NCBI GenBank assembly: GCA_963924565.1
Contig: OZ004613.1
Span: forward strand, 13,888,001 to 13,952,000
Length of the DNA stretch: 64,000 bases
Reading direction: 5' to 3'
Source: Ascidiella aspersa
Lineage: Eukaryota
The notes under the pieces are model-generated. The model saw only the letters and a list, made by a program, of their open reading frames with translations. It made no database searches and was not told where the DNA came from. This document shows, one piece after another, positions 39,088 through 52,855 of this stretch (the first letter of the stretch is position 1; the number at the start of each line of letters is the position of its first letter). The translations under genes and the position numbers were made by a program.

Positions 39088-41526
39088 GCTGTATTTGCAC
39101 CAATAACCTGTTAAATGAATTGTTGTTAGGTCATTTGAGAAAATGACTTGACTTGAATATAAGTCATGCAAATGACTTAATTATTCCTAATTATTTTTTA
39201 TTACAAGCATGTTTATTTAAAATGTGCTATTTTCACAATTTTTAGACTTGAAAAATTTACTTGCTATATGTTTAGGTTTTGGTTTTTACTTTGCGAAAAT
39301 TTATTATTTTTAATAGTGTAACATTTCGTTTGTTTGTGTCTGCGACTTGACTTGGCGTTGACTTGCTAAGCGATGACGGACTTCTAATTGACTTGGATCA
39401 CTAATAACTTGGACTGGGTCTTGAGCTTTTTTTTAAATGACCTTTGCACAATACTGTCATTACTTCGACAATACGTCAGCGCTGTAGGCTTCTGTGTTGG
39501 CAATGTGCTTGCACAATAGTTTTGCACACTTGCCATACGGAATCAATAATTCTGTAGTTTTTTTACACTGACCTGAAATAACGACCTATGCTTTTACTCT
39601 TTGAGCACCTTATGTTACGCTAAAATCGATCCGGATGTGGGATGCTTGATGTCTTGTTTACCAGGATTTGAGCATTATTTTACAAATTGTGCTCCAACAC
39701 TTTTGTCAATGCTGAGAAAAAACAAAAGGCTAGCGTCTTGGCAGCTCGAAATTTTACCTATTCAATAATTCGGTCGTTAATCTCAGCGCTGGACTTAAAA
39801 AGATGGCTCACGTTTCGCAATGCTCCCAATTAATGGTTTGTTGCTGTTTGGGGCCAAATAGAAACGCCGCTCTATGCTCGCGTCCTTCCCATTCGCCCGA
39901 CCGACTTGCAATTTCGAGGAAAACGAGAATGGTCTATTGGTGCGTTTGCCGGCCCAATACAATGGCGGCTCACTTGAACACCAACGACAGTGATCGGCGA
40001 CCGGGGAAGAGGAATTGCCCTCAGAAAAAAATGAAATGCTGTTGACGACTTGTTAATAGTTTAGGATTGTCGTTTACATCATGCGGGAAAAAATTAAATT
40101 CCTGTTTTCGTAAAACAATTGGCAATTTACACGTTGATAAAATAGGTTAACCGTTATACAGTATCGTAATAACAACGGTTTAATACAACTGCGCAAATGG
40201 AAGACCTCTGAATTCGTTATGATGCTGTTAAACAGGCCTGAATGGTGTTTGTTTAGATTTTTAAATTTATATTTTTCAAAGCATTTCGGCTCTACTAAAT
40301 CAGGGATAAACAACCTGAGAATAAAACCAACGTATAACATGTTTTAGAATATTGAGGTGTTTTAAAGTAGGTTTAGAATAGTTTCGCAAACAGTGTAAAG
40401 AGCAGTAGAGCTCAGGAGATAAACGGCGGTAAGATGCCAATTAGACAACCAATGAAACATAACACTGTTGTCGTTATTAGTTGTTTTTTAGTTAGGACCC
40501 AGTTAAGTCATTTGTAAAATAAGTTTTACAGAAAAAGAAAAAACTATTAAAATATGGTAAACACATATCAAAGTAATTGTTTTCCTTGCATAAATCGATA
40601 TAAATAACCCCATTTAAAACAATGCTAAATAAAAACACTTAACTCAATGATTCAAGTTTAAGTCAAGTCATTTTCCTCAAAGGGCTAAACACTTTGAAAC
40701 GTAATTTGCCCATCAATAAAGTCACCTCACTTTCTGGTTTAAGCCTGCGAAACACTACAAACGCTTGGTTGGCTGTACAAGGTTTTTTCCTAATAAAATG
40801 CTTTGTAAACGACATGACACATTTGGACAAGCTTACCAGGGCTGTTAACTTATTATGGCCAGAGTTACATTTCGTAACACGCATTTGTTTACCATTTGCG
40901 AGACACAAAGTTAGTATAGTCTAACTCACGTACATATATGGACTCAGTGTCAAGGTTCAACCACGCACACCGGTAAAACCTCTTTTGTTGTTAAAGTTAA
41001 ACGGCCTGAGAAGAAATGCCAACATCAGCCTTTTTTGCAAACTCTTACATCTCTTTTACCTATTATGTACATTTCACGGTAATTTAACACACTGAAGCAA
41101 TATGCCATTGAGCAGTGCTTTAATTGCCAAACTGGGGTCGGCCACGGCGTTTGACGCTCAATTTTACACACATGTTACACATATATACACACATAAACTT
41201 TAATTATCTTGACTTTCGCAACAAAAGTTTCAAAACTAATGCTTAAAGTAACTCACTACATTTCTCCAACTAATGCGTATAGAATCAAACAACGGGAAAC
41301 GTTATGTTTACGGTAAGCGTTATGTTTACTACTACTGGTTCGCGAAAAGTTTAAATAAATTTAAGAGTTCACAGATAAAAAAGTTTAGTAGGTCCTGCCA
41401 TATAGCAAGCATGGTCCATCGCAAGAATAACATTAATATGTATCGAATAAGCCGATGTAATCTTGTCTAACGGAAAAGTGCTCTTTGCGTAACAAGCGAC
41501 AATCGGCAGCATTTTAAATCGTTCAA

Positions 41527-44500
41527 CTAATTCTCACCCGGAATAGTACAACCGGAGTTCTTAAAGTAAGTGTTATCCACAGTTAGAGGTCCAAGATAGG
41601 GGGCGGATAGAGAACGAAACGGTGTCGTGTAGCCGTAGTGGCTGCTCTTCTGTCTATTCTTCCAGTCTTCAACCAAGCCATACCACGGGTCGCCGCTCAG
41701 ATCCAGCGAGTCGTAGTCGTAGCCAAAGAGCTGCTTGGCGTAGAACGAGTTACGCACGGTCCACACTTTGTCGTTGAGGGTAACCGAGTTGGGGTTCATC
41801 GTTTTGTTGCAGAAGGGAGACAGCGGCCAGTCGAACGATTCCAAGTGATCCGGCGAAGTTTGGCCTGCCTGGATAGCGAAACGAGACAATTAAATCCCGA
41901 AAGCAAACCACACATTTTGAAAGGGTAAAAAGTCGCCAAGCGACAAAATCGTATACCTTTATATATGGGGCGACGAAACTGCTCGCAGTCCAATCCTGAT
42001 CACCGACCTCCTCGTGTAGACTCTTGTACAGCACCAGAAGGCGATCGATCTGGCTGTGATGAAGCATGAAGAGTGGATCGAAGGCGGCGTAGGTGACCGT
42101 GGGCATTCCGTACGTGCAGAGAAATTCGAGTTCGTCGTGCCGCGAGCACATGCAATTGTGGATCTGCGGTGTGGAACAAGGACGGTGATTTGACTTGTGA
42201 CTCAAAGTTTTTCCTTATTTTCAAATGCAGGATATGACATGACTTAAGGCATTTATACTGTTGACTTGACCTGAGGTAAACAAAAGTAACTCTTGCTGAG
42301 TTTGACGATAGAAACTGTTCTTTTATTGTTTAAAGTTGTAAATCGACCACGTGGCATATTGACTACATAAAATCAATTTAAGACTTTTTGCCGAAAGCTT
42401 CAGGTCAATTTCAGTTTTAATTTAAGCTGTTTACTATAACCGTACAATTAGGCACCATAAATAAAGTACTGTGACCTGGTTATGCGGAGATTCCATGCGA
42501 AATTCCCAGGCCGCGTATGTGGGAAGGTTATAGGCTCGAATCATGCCTCGTTGCAACTGATCATTCCACAGTAGACCCCTGAGATCAGGATACCTCATGG
42601 AATGCCTAAATAAACAGCATAATATTTATTGCCTCAGGAATAATAACCGAGAGTTTAGTTGCTTTATACTTTTTTTCCGGATGTGTTTTGAAAAAGTAGC
42701 AATATGATAAGTAATAACCTGTAGAAAAGTAGGGATGCCGGGATCGGGACTCAGGATTTGGCTGGCGTCGGACTCGGAACCCGAGATTTAAGTAAGACTT
42801 CATGTCCCGAGTCTAACGTGCGGTTGCCCAGTAGCAAGGTAAAACCTAAGGCCGTAAATCGTATAGATAAAATAGCGTAGGATGTAATATTTTGCACTCA
42901 CGTTTTGATAGTGAGCGAGTTTTATGACATTATTATGAGCGTAATACTATCTATTCAAATCGCTTTGGTTAGATAGATGTGTCGAATACATTGCTGTGAG
43001 CCCAAGACGGACTCAGTACTGTTCTTAGTGGGTTTATTGGGCTTAAGTTGGACTTTGTTCCGACAGAATCGGGCTCGACATTATGTTCCAGGTGGGAGTC
43101 TGACGTGAGTTGTTCTAAACCGACTCAGAAGCAAACAGTTTTTTGGGAGCATAATGCATTAAAATACAGCACCTACAGTTTAGTGTTTTATCGAACCCCC
43201 AATTGGATGCTGGTTGAGCTTGACAAACTCTAGGTGAAACGTACTTGCTTAGTTGTTTTGACACAACAAACTTACGCTGTCTGGTTCAAGATTGGCTTGT
43301 GCGTTGTCATGATCGTGGTGTAAAATGGATTATTTACGTATTTGTTTATGATGGGATCAAACACTTCCGGATCGCGAAATAGCCTCGGAATATTTATCCA
43401 ACCTCTTTCCGTCCAGTCCCAATACGGGAATCCCAGGGTTTTATTGTTTAGATATTTGCTCAGGCCTGAAACGTACAAACAACAAAATCAAAACAAAATC
43501 TTATTGACATAAATATAACGTAAGTCGTGTTTGTGCCGTTTGTGCAATTATTAATGTTGAGATTTTTGAATAAAGCAATGAAACCTGCAGTAGCCTATAG
43601 ACCCCGATATAAAGTCTACAAAATTCGCATTTTTGCATTATAATCTGACAAATTTTAAAGCAACATAAAATATACTTAATAGTTTTTAACCGGGAAAATA
43701 CAAATTGCATGGATACATGGTATAACCCTATTATACAGTTGAAAAAAAGTGTAGGCGACTGACCCATTTCTAAGTTGACCATGATCAGTCGATGCCAAAA
43801 TGGAAATAAAGGATGACCATGCCAACTGCAGTGTCCGTGCGAATGTGTTTCTATGTGTTTGTACCAGGGACAGCGGTATGGCCATCCATGCCATTTCACA
43901 ACATTCTAAAAAAGATTACGCATCATTGGAGAGTTTTTCATAGGTCTATGTATTTAATTGGACTTGAGAAATTTGCCGCATGCCACTCGATGTATTGTTA
44001 CACAGATAGTGAAACATACTGTGTAAAGTACAACATTTGCAAACCCTTACACTTTGGGACACCAAACTATTTCATCTTTACAAAAAATGCACCATAAAAT
44101 CCTCAAATATTTTAACAATACCAACGTTGCATTTTTTCGACTAATCCACTGTTTTTTTACCATGGGACGATTACTCTAGCTTTGTACAGACGTACTTATT
44201 GTTTTTATTTCATGATTATACACATCTTTGATTTTAGCGTCACTATAGTAACCATAATACAAGTGAACTACTTAAAAGCCTTACCATATAGCCGGCCGTT
44301 GAGTTGTCGGCTTTATATTTTGTGAAGGCTTGAATAAGGTCATGAACTTCTTCGTACGTAAGTGAGCGAATGTTTTTTCGTAACCTGTACGCTGTGCATA
44401 AAAACGACTGCTCCGTAAAATGACGTTGTAAAAAACGCTAATATAAGAAGCTTTGGGAGTAAAGGATTTCAACATGCTCAAATGTTGAGGTTTTTCCAAA

Positions 44501-46402
44501 TACATATCCCCAATTTCGCGTCGATTTCTTGTTGAAATAGCTGAGGAGATATGCTATAAAACTCCAATCACTATTTTTGCCAATAGTTTGTATTTTAAAT
44601 TGAATCGTGATATATAAGCATTAGAATAATCTTCGGTAAACAACCTTCGTTTCTCAGACATAGGACTTCGAAAGTTGCTTCCATTTTTAGGTATGTTGCG
44701 ATACTTTAAATTTATTTTCAAACAACTGCGATTATCTACTTTTCTTAAACAAAGAATTGTTAAAACAAACCAAGCGCACGTACGTTTAATTACGCTGTCA
44801 CAAGTTCTCGATTCACTCCCTGCACCGACGCACCGGCCGTTCTTGGTCACCTCCCCAAGCTTGCAGATTCTTTCCCTTCGTTGCAAACCACCCCAGTCGG
44901 AACGTATGCACGTCGACCAGCCGATCCAATCGCTCCAGGAAACTGGAAGAACAAAATTGTTTCACATTTTATCACCGGGAAAACTGCATATTCCATATGG
45001 TCTTATGTTTGATTTAACAAACATTTTTATATGGTCTATAAGTGAACCTGATGTATTCTTAAAAAGAACCTGTTCTATTCTTAGATCTATTTCTCATGGG
45101 CGTCGAAGTCAAGTTGTACACAGAAACAAAAAAGGTCTAACCCCATGACAGAACCCATTTACAAAAAAACATTACTTCTATTAGTATAAGAAAATCTATA
45201 TTTATAGCAAACTGTTCAATTGGTCGTTAGCGTAAAAAATGTCCATAGGACTATAACGTTTTCTTTGTTAGTTTTGCAGTTCAATAAAGTAATCCTGTTC
45301 TGGTACTTAATCAAATTAACCCGGTGTGACATCAGTAATACGCATTTACATCGCCCCAATTTTCAATCAAAATAATTTGACAGCAGACACGTCAAAACAG
45401 GAAAATAGTTTACAGTTATTGTCATGCTGCAACTCCGTAACACGCACACGCACACACACTGACCTTGTAAGCAGTCCCCTCCGTTTGTACCAAGAGCGTA
45501 TCCTCGCTTGCAAGTGCACACGCAACAACCGGGACCGGGCAACAGCAACACGCCTTGATTGCACTTTTTCGTGCAGCTCAGTCGCTCGGATTCGCAAGTG
45601 ACGTCGCTTATCGTCGGCCGGCCGGTGGCGCTAAAGAATGACGTCGAATCGCCTGCTCGGAGCGGAATTGCTCGATCGAATAATTCTTGCGTATAAGCGC
45701 TCTGCCTGCTTTGATTTTCGTTCTGAAAGGTGCCGTAATACTGGACGTCCTGAGCCTTCACCTCGGCAACTTGATAAATTAAAGAAGGTTTATGTGATCG
45801 ATAATATTTATTTTATAGGGTACAACCTCCATACGTGAGCAATCGAATTTCGCTATATACTACAATTCAATATTTTTTTTAAGTTCTTACTGTATATAAG
45901 CATGTTAAATTAGGAACTTTCTGAAGCAGCAACTTTCCTATTTCACACTATCATATTATTGGAGTCAGAGTACGAATTTATCCAAAATAAAGGTAACCAA
46001 TTACTAACAATTTAGCCGCCTTATTCTTTATTAACGATGCCCAAGGATTAAAAGCATTGTGTGGTTATTGATTTATTTACGCAACAATGCAGCCTTTGCA
46101 CCAATCATAATACGAGAAGGCTTATGTTTGTAAAGTTCAATGTTTATCGCACGCTGAAGTTTACGTTTATCGCACCCGGTTTATCTTCTACTTTATTTTA
46201 ACTTGAATACTGTAGGTTTAATGCGATATGAGCGGTTTAAAATGCTTTGTAAGTCATTCGAAGTAACGTTGCAGCTACTCCTGCTATAGAACAACCAACA
46301 AGTGTTAATATACTTACTTTCTCTTTCTATATCCTTATTCAATTCGCCAAAAGCTGCGAAGAACATGATTGTAAAAAATAGGCATCCAGTCAGTTTTAAC
46401 AT
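41527..46402 (-). CDS. Tuphoxin-like secreted type-3 copper protein, paralogue 2, ~555 aa (C-terminus uncertain)
   Basis: Exons (minus strand) 46402-46318, 45769-45464, 44942-44784, 44391-44285, 43905-43764, 43465-43276, 42605-42476, 42163-41957, 41868-41527. Core exon lengths match paralogue 1 (85/159/107/142/190/130) and all six Cu-binding His are present. A GTGAG donor after 41538 may splice to a small terminal exon at 41005-40950. Confidence 0.9.
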
Positions 46403-47575
46403 TATGGCAAAGCCGGTTTAGCAAAAAGTTGACAGCTGCATATGATGCCGAAACAAACTTAAAAATAAAAAATACACTAATAGCAACTTTAGAAATTCGC
46501 CAGGAATCATAATCCAGGAAATATGGGATAACTTGAATTTTGGCTATATCTTAATACATCTCGAAATAACTTTTTATCAGAACAACTAAACTTTGCTTAA
46601 GGCTTAGATTAACATACCCCTGTTTCTGGGTTGGCAAAGCATTTTGGCGACACAGCGAGCAATCATAAGCACTCATTTATGCTACTATACTTAAACCTAC
46701 GAAACATACGCGTATGGTAATTGAACCGACAAGTTTACTTCCTATTTGCCAAGTAAACGTAGAATTTCGTTGAAAAAAAGCAAGGATTGCACCTAAACGT
46801 TAGGCATTCGTTGCGGATGCACATCGTTTACTAAACTAACCAAATCAAAAAGGTAAAACGTGAAACGGACAATTCCGACACTATGTTGTTTCGCTTGAGC
46901 CACATTTCTCCAGTAATTCTGGTGTATTGAAAGACACAAGTTGTCCAGCCATTTTAGCCTTTGATTTATTATCCAACGTTTTATCTCATAATATTGGGAC
47001 CCGCAGGCCACTAATGCCCTATGTGCATTGTTAAACTAACATGCTCGATACAAAAGTTTAATTGGCGTGGGTTAGTATCACCGTAAATGCAAACGCGGAT
47101 TCGGTTGGTTGGTGATGGAATGTCATTCCACATTACATGTGTGATTTGTCTTATTGTTGTGGACTAAAGATTTTACCTTTTCTTTCCCTTTATTGATATA
47201 TAAGTCTCGGTTGCTTACTAAGTCTTAATATTTGTTTGCGTAGCTGCGTTTTTTCGTGCCAGAGTTCTTTCTATTTAATTCAAAATCACAGAAGAATGTA
47301 ATATTTTCGGTTCTTAGACGTAAAAAACGTTTTATTGGACAATGCGGGCAGTTTAACTGAGTATTAAACATATTGCATTATACGGAAGCTAACAGCTGAT
47401 TCTTGAGTGACGACTTTCTCAAGGGACGTTAGTCTGCTTCTCCAACTCTGGAGAAACTCAATAAACCAGCAAACCACTTGAGTATCAGGCTGCTGTATCA
47501 GGAGTTGTCATTGATGGCGGGAGATCAATAACAACCTAGATAATTATTTTAAAAATGTTCCTAAATGTTCTAGGC

Positions 47576-47937
47576 GAGCGGTGCTCAACCTGTGGGCCAT
47601 GGCTCACTGGTGGGCCATGGAAGCTTTTTAGGTGGGCCACAGACAAATTTAAAAAAGCTAGATTTATTGAAGAATTTAGTTTCATTTGTGTAACTATACC
47701 TAGTGTTTACAGGGATTTGTGGTTTGGAATGTAAATGAAACGTAAATTTATTGTTCAGAAGCAAGTACCTCACTAATGCACAGTTGAATAAATAAAATAA
47801 TCTGTTTTGATATATGTTCCGCTATTTTTTGTTCTAAACTTTTTTTATAGTTTGTTTTTTCATAAAAAAATTATTGGGCCACAAAATTTATGTGCAATGA
47901 AAATGGGTCACGAAAGAAAAAAGGTTGAGAACCACTG
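47576..47937. mobile_element. hAT MITE
   Basis: TIRs GAGCGGTGCTCAACC / GGTTGAGAACCACTG; perfect TSD TTCTAGGC. Confidence 0.8.
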
Positions 47938-50900
47938 TTCTAGGCATACATCATAGATTTCCATCCAATCATTTTAAAACAATAGGGAATCCACGACACT
48001 ATAGTAACGTATTACATTTGTTACTTGGCGCCATTATGGGCTCTACCCTTACAGACTTACACACATTAAAGTTGAGCATGTATAACAAAGATTTTTGGCT
48101 TTTCAGGGCGGTCCTGATGAACAGAATTTGTCCGAAATGAAATGCATATTGCTCCAATTACTCAAAAGACGATGTGAATATATCGCATTCTCCGTAAAGG
48201 TCAAAGCTGGCCTTCCTTTCTTTTCACTAAAATTAGTTATATGGACCCAAAGACACATTAAAAAAATAGTATTAGAAACGTTTTTAAACCTTTTTCCATA
48301 AATCTTAGATCCGTGTGACCAATAACGCCGTGCCTATCATATGTTGCTTTCCACTTTCTATGCTTTAATTGGCTATTATATTTTTCTTATTACACATATT
48401 TTCAACCCATTTCAACTGTTACAATCTTACCATAAATGCAGTTTGTTGTTTTTACTGATTGCCGTCGGATTATTTTCCGTTTATCATAAACAAACTTATT
48501 ATATGCGTTATTATGATTTGCAGAGGTTGTCATTCATTTTTAGATCAATCCCGAGCGTTTTCTCTATTATATTTTATTAAAGTTAAACTGGTACACCAAA
48601 ACGATTTTCCGAGAAATCTATCGGTTTTACCGTTGTTTCAATGCAAGCAGAAATTAACGTAAACACATTAATTGTGGCAGATTCGCATATAAAAAGGCGC
48701 TATGGCAATAAACGATGTATCGCGTTGTCTGGGGGTTCGCCGTAAACTATTTGACGAAGACAAACTTCATCAGAAATAAGCAATATGAACTAAACGTTTA
48801 GCAGTATAAAACGAGAAAAGTCAACCGCCAGTCTAACTTTTATGTTTATGTGGCTTTTGCTGCAGTAAACCAGTCGTGTTTAAAACGTCACCGTTACACT
48901 TTTTAATTGATAATAATAATTTAAGCATAGTTTCAGTCAAACTATGTCTAATAAAAAAGAATGGACGCCTAAACGGTAACTCTAGCATTTGAATTATTTA
49001 GTTAAAGCAATTTGTTGCGCTTGTGCGAATCTATAACACCTTTTTAATATATAGCTATTATATTGTAAGTATCACCAACAGAAAGTTTAACTAGATAAAT
49101 GCAAACTACAATGCTTTATTTTTAGGCATTGTGTAAACTTTTTACATGGTTTAATTGCCGGAAGAGAGATGTTGGTTCTACTCTCTAAATCTGAACAACT
49201 TGTAAGCCATCTTGAAGAATTTTTTTTTTATCAAAAATTCAAACATTCATACACAAGTGGATGAAGCAGGCAATGGAGCTAAAGTTGTTTCTCGATTGCT
49301 TCCTTTTATAGGTCATTTGGTAGAGCGAGAGTCCCGATAAAATGGAGGAAGTGAGCAACCATCTCATAAAACTTTTATTGCCCATCTGAAATAAAAACAT
49401 GATCATTTTCACCACCTATTAAAGCTTTACTATTAACAATTTTCTGGAAACGGCCAGGGCTACATATATTCAGTATTAATTGATATTGTCTTGCAGCAAC
49501 CAGGCGAAGGTTAGCTACAAGAAGTGTATTTTCTCGTAGCTACTCAGAAGGGCTAATTTTATTAAACTATCTCTACCACAAAAGGTTTAAACAGTAATAA
49601 CATTTGTTGTTTTTATACAAAACCGACAATAACACGCAGGACCGGCATTTTATGGCTGCCCAATAGTGGTCTATCCTGATTTTGAAGTTATATGGGCTTC
49701 TACACGTGACTTTGAGTGTTCGCATTTGCCACATTCTGTCGCTTTAAATGATTGAAACAATACTAGAAAGTATGGTGCCCGTGAAATCAGAAAATAACAT
49801 CCTTCTTTCCATGTTGCAACAAATCGCATTTCTGTAGGGGTTCGCTGTAGTTCACCGTTACATGCAAAAAGGGCGTAGAAAAGTCTGTTACAGGTTGACG
49901 CGCCAGGTGGAGAAGAGCGTTATTTTCTTAGCAGAACTCGCACGGACCTTTGCGGAAGTTTACTTTCACGTGCGCAATCAGTAGGTTGCTGTTTGGTTAG
50001 GAAACAGCGTTGGTGGGATCCGGGTCAAACCACAACGCGGTGCGTATACAATGTTGTTTTTGTTTAGGTATATGCCAAGCAACTCCGCTGTGCAGCCGCG
50101 TCGTTCTCAAAACCGTGTTTAACAAAAAACGCAACAGCGCTGTGAAAACAGTTTAGTTAAAGGGAAAAGTTTTTCCTGGCAATTAAACAAAACGCGGTTT
50201 TTGGGTGGAAACAACTTTAAAATCTGTTTCCGCGACTGACATCACGTCACAATTTTTTTCAAGCAACTATATAGTGTCTGCTAAATCATTTCTCACGACC
50301 ACTAAATTTCATGCGAACGACAATCGTCAGCGGGACTACAAAGTAAAACCTATTCAATCCAATATTGTCTACTCTATATACCCTGTTTTGTAACGTGGGA
50401 TATCTTTTGAAAGCAGACTAATAAAAACACAGTTTACGTATTGTGCAATCGATTTTTGCAATTAAATTATGTTGTCTGGTCACTTTAATATAAGAATATT
50501 CTCGAAAATCAATGAAAGATGCCCTATGCTTGCAAAGCACAGGTCTTTTGAGTTTATTTGTTTATAAAGCTTCCAGGTGCCTTATCAAAATTAACACTAA
50601 GAAGGCTTTCTTAAAACTCGGAAACTGAATGGCCTACGTGTGCAGAAGTTTCGAACGAGCGGATCTACCACATCCGGGTATAAACGAAAAATAAACGTAA
50701 GAGGAAAATATGTCCCGCGGAAACTCGTCGAAACCACTTCACTACGGTTTGTACAACAAGGAAGCGCTGATTTCATTTTACTATTATTGCTTTCTACACA
50801 GCACCAACCCTCAGAGCGAACCGATCGCAGCAAACTTGACGTTTGCCATTCCAATTTCTATCAAAACGTCTATGGTTAGTTCCTTTGTATCCCCTCAGTA

Positions 50901-52855
50901 TAACGAATACGCACTGGATCAATGGGCAAGATTCCAAGAAAAATCAAGCTGTTTCCGAATATGCGGTATAAACGATCAAAACCCCGCCACACTGGCACCC
51001 ATTTACGTGATCAAGTTTTTCCAGAGCATCTAAACTTGTTCTACGAATAGCGATTATGGAGTGTTTATCGTGAACCCTACAAGTTAAAACCGGTCGACAG
51101 CAAAACTTCAATGCAGTAGCAATTCAAACATGACCTAGTCAAATGTACCCGCATAAAGTAATGCATGTACAATTATATTTTTAGATATATGTTAAGAAAA
51201 AACACCTTTCTTTGAACAGCAGACTTTCAAGAGTTTAAGGAAGTAGAAGGTAGGACTATGCCTGTGTAGGTTAAAAGTAACGTAAACAATTTTAACTATT
51301 TATGCTGCTTAGCGTAGGCAATGTGTTCCGCAGGAATGTTATTTTATTCCTATTTGGTACGCTATTTTATAGTTAAGCTACGTTTATTGGAAACCCAAGC
51401 TGTTTTAATCTATCTATGCTAATGCGCCGGCGACGTGCCATGGTATTCTATAAAACATTTTTTTTGTTTTTGTTTTTGTCAGATCCGATTACAGAGGCCC
51501 ATCGGTATTTTTGTATTCGTGTTATGCTAGGTATAATGGATAATGCCTTATCAGCAAGGGTTTTCGACTCGGCAGAGCGTTTTTCTACAACCAAAAATAC
51601 AGAAGCCTACATTTTAACTTAGCTAAAATCAGTGGTTCCCAACCAGGGTACGTGAGAAGTTCCCAGGGGGGTCGCGAGTGCACTGAAAATTAATACAAGG
51701 TTTTAAATCTGTGACAATAACATGTTCTAATTGAAACATATACGTTTCTGTTAAAAAGCACTAATTGAATATACAATGTAAATTTTTACTTTTTTGCTGA
51801 TTGCCACTGTTACTAAACGAAATTTAAATTTGTTCACCCGTGTAGTAGTAGTCTTTATTGTGCAGTCACAATGCGTCCCTTTGAATGCGACGCATACGCA
51901 ACAGATCAACCAATGGAGGGTTGTTAGTTTATCAACACAGCAAACACCTAAGTGGGTTAATTGCCATAAGCCTATAATCTCAAAGTTCTTATTATCATTA
52001 GAAATTTATTACGAATTGTTAAATAGGTTTAGGTTAGCGATTTAAAAAAAATGTTTTTGCATTTCGAATTTGCTTTCAAACAATATTAATATTCTGCATA
52101 TGTGTACATTAATCGGGTTTGTTGTCATGATGTATTTTTTTTATTGTTAGTACTGCTAAGCAATGGCGATTTCTGTCAAGACAGTGTTTCCGCGCATTAT
52201 GTCAAAACAGAGTTAGGTGGAGTGGAGAGTTTAGAGAAGTAATCGTTCGCGTGCTGGCTTCGCGGGTTTGTGCGTGGTGAAAACATGTTGATTTTAGGGC
52301 GGCTATAAATTGAGCATAATATGATTTTGAAAACGCCAGTTTTGATTCGTGAATATTGCAGTAACACATTATGGTTTGATAAAATATTTTAGGTAGATTT
52401 GTATAATGCCGATATTAATAATATTTATTAATAAAATAGAACTCACAGTGACTTTAGTTATATGTTACTTATTAAACGAATATGTTATTAAAACAGGTGA
52501 CCGAAACATAACTAAAAAGCCGTTACAAGGGTATAAAAACGAAAATATAATAAATGATACATATTAAAGGATTTTGCTGTTGCATTGAGTCACAATAGTA
52601 GCAAGAAAAACCCGCGTTTCCTCTATGGAAACTTACTGACTAATAATGCCATTAATTCGGTAAAACTAAAGGAAGACCTAGGTCCTAGAGTCTGAGACAC
52701 TAATTGCCCAGAAACCATCTCCTTTTGATAAGGGCCAGAAAAACTGTGACATTTTAATTTGCATTCCAAACGAATTTATTTATATGAGATATCCAATAGT
52801 CCTCTTTAGGATTAATTTGGTAGCTTTTAACGTTAAGACAAAAAATCGTCTAGAC

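Noticed and set aside
42729-43140. GACTCG/GACTCAG-rich segment starting TAGGGATG
   Set aside because: Probably another MITE, but no matching right terminus or TSD could be defined.
44675-45601. + strand ORFs (157 aa, 91 aa) and similar ORFs opposite real exons
   Set aside because: These are antisense shadows of the TSP1/EGF exons; the same applies to most ORFs opposite GALNT and oxidase exons.
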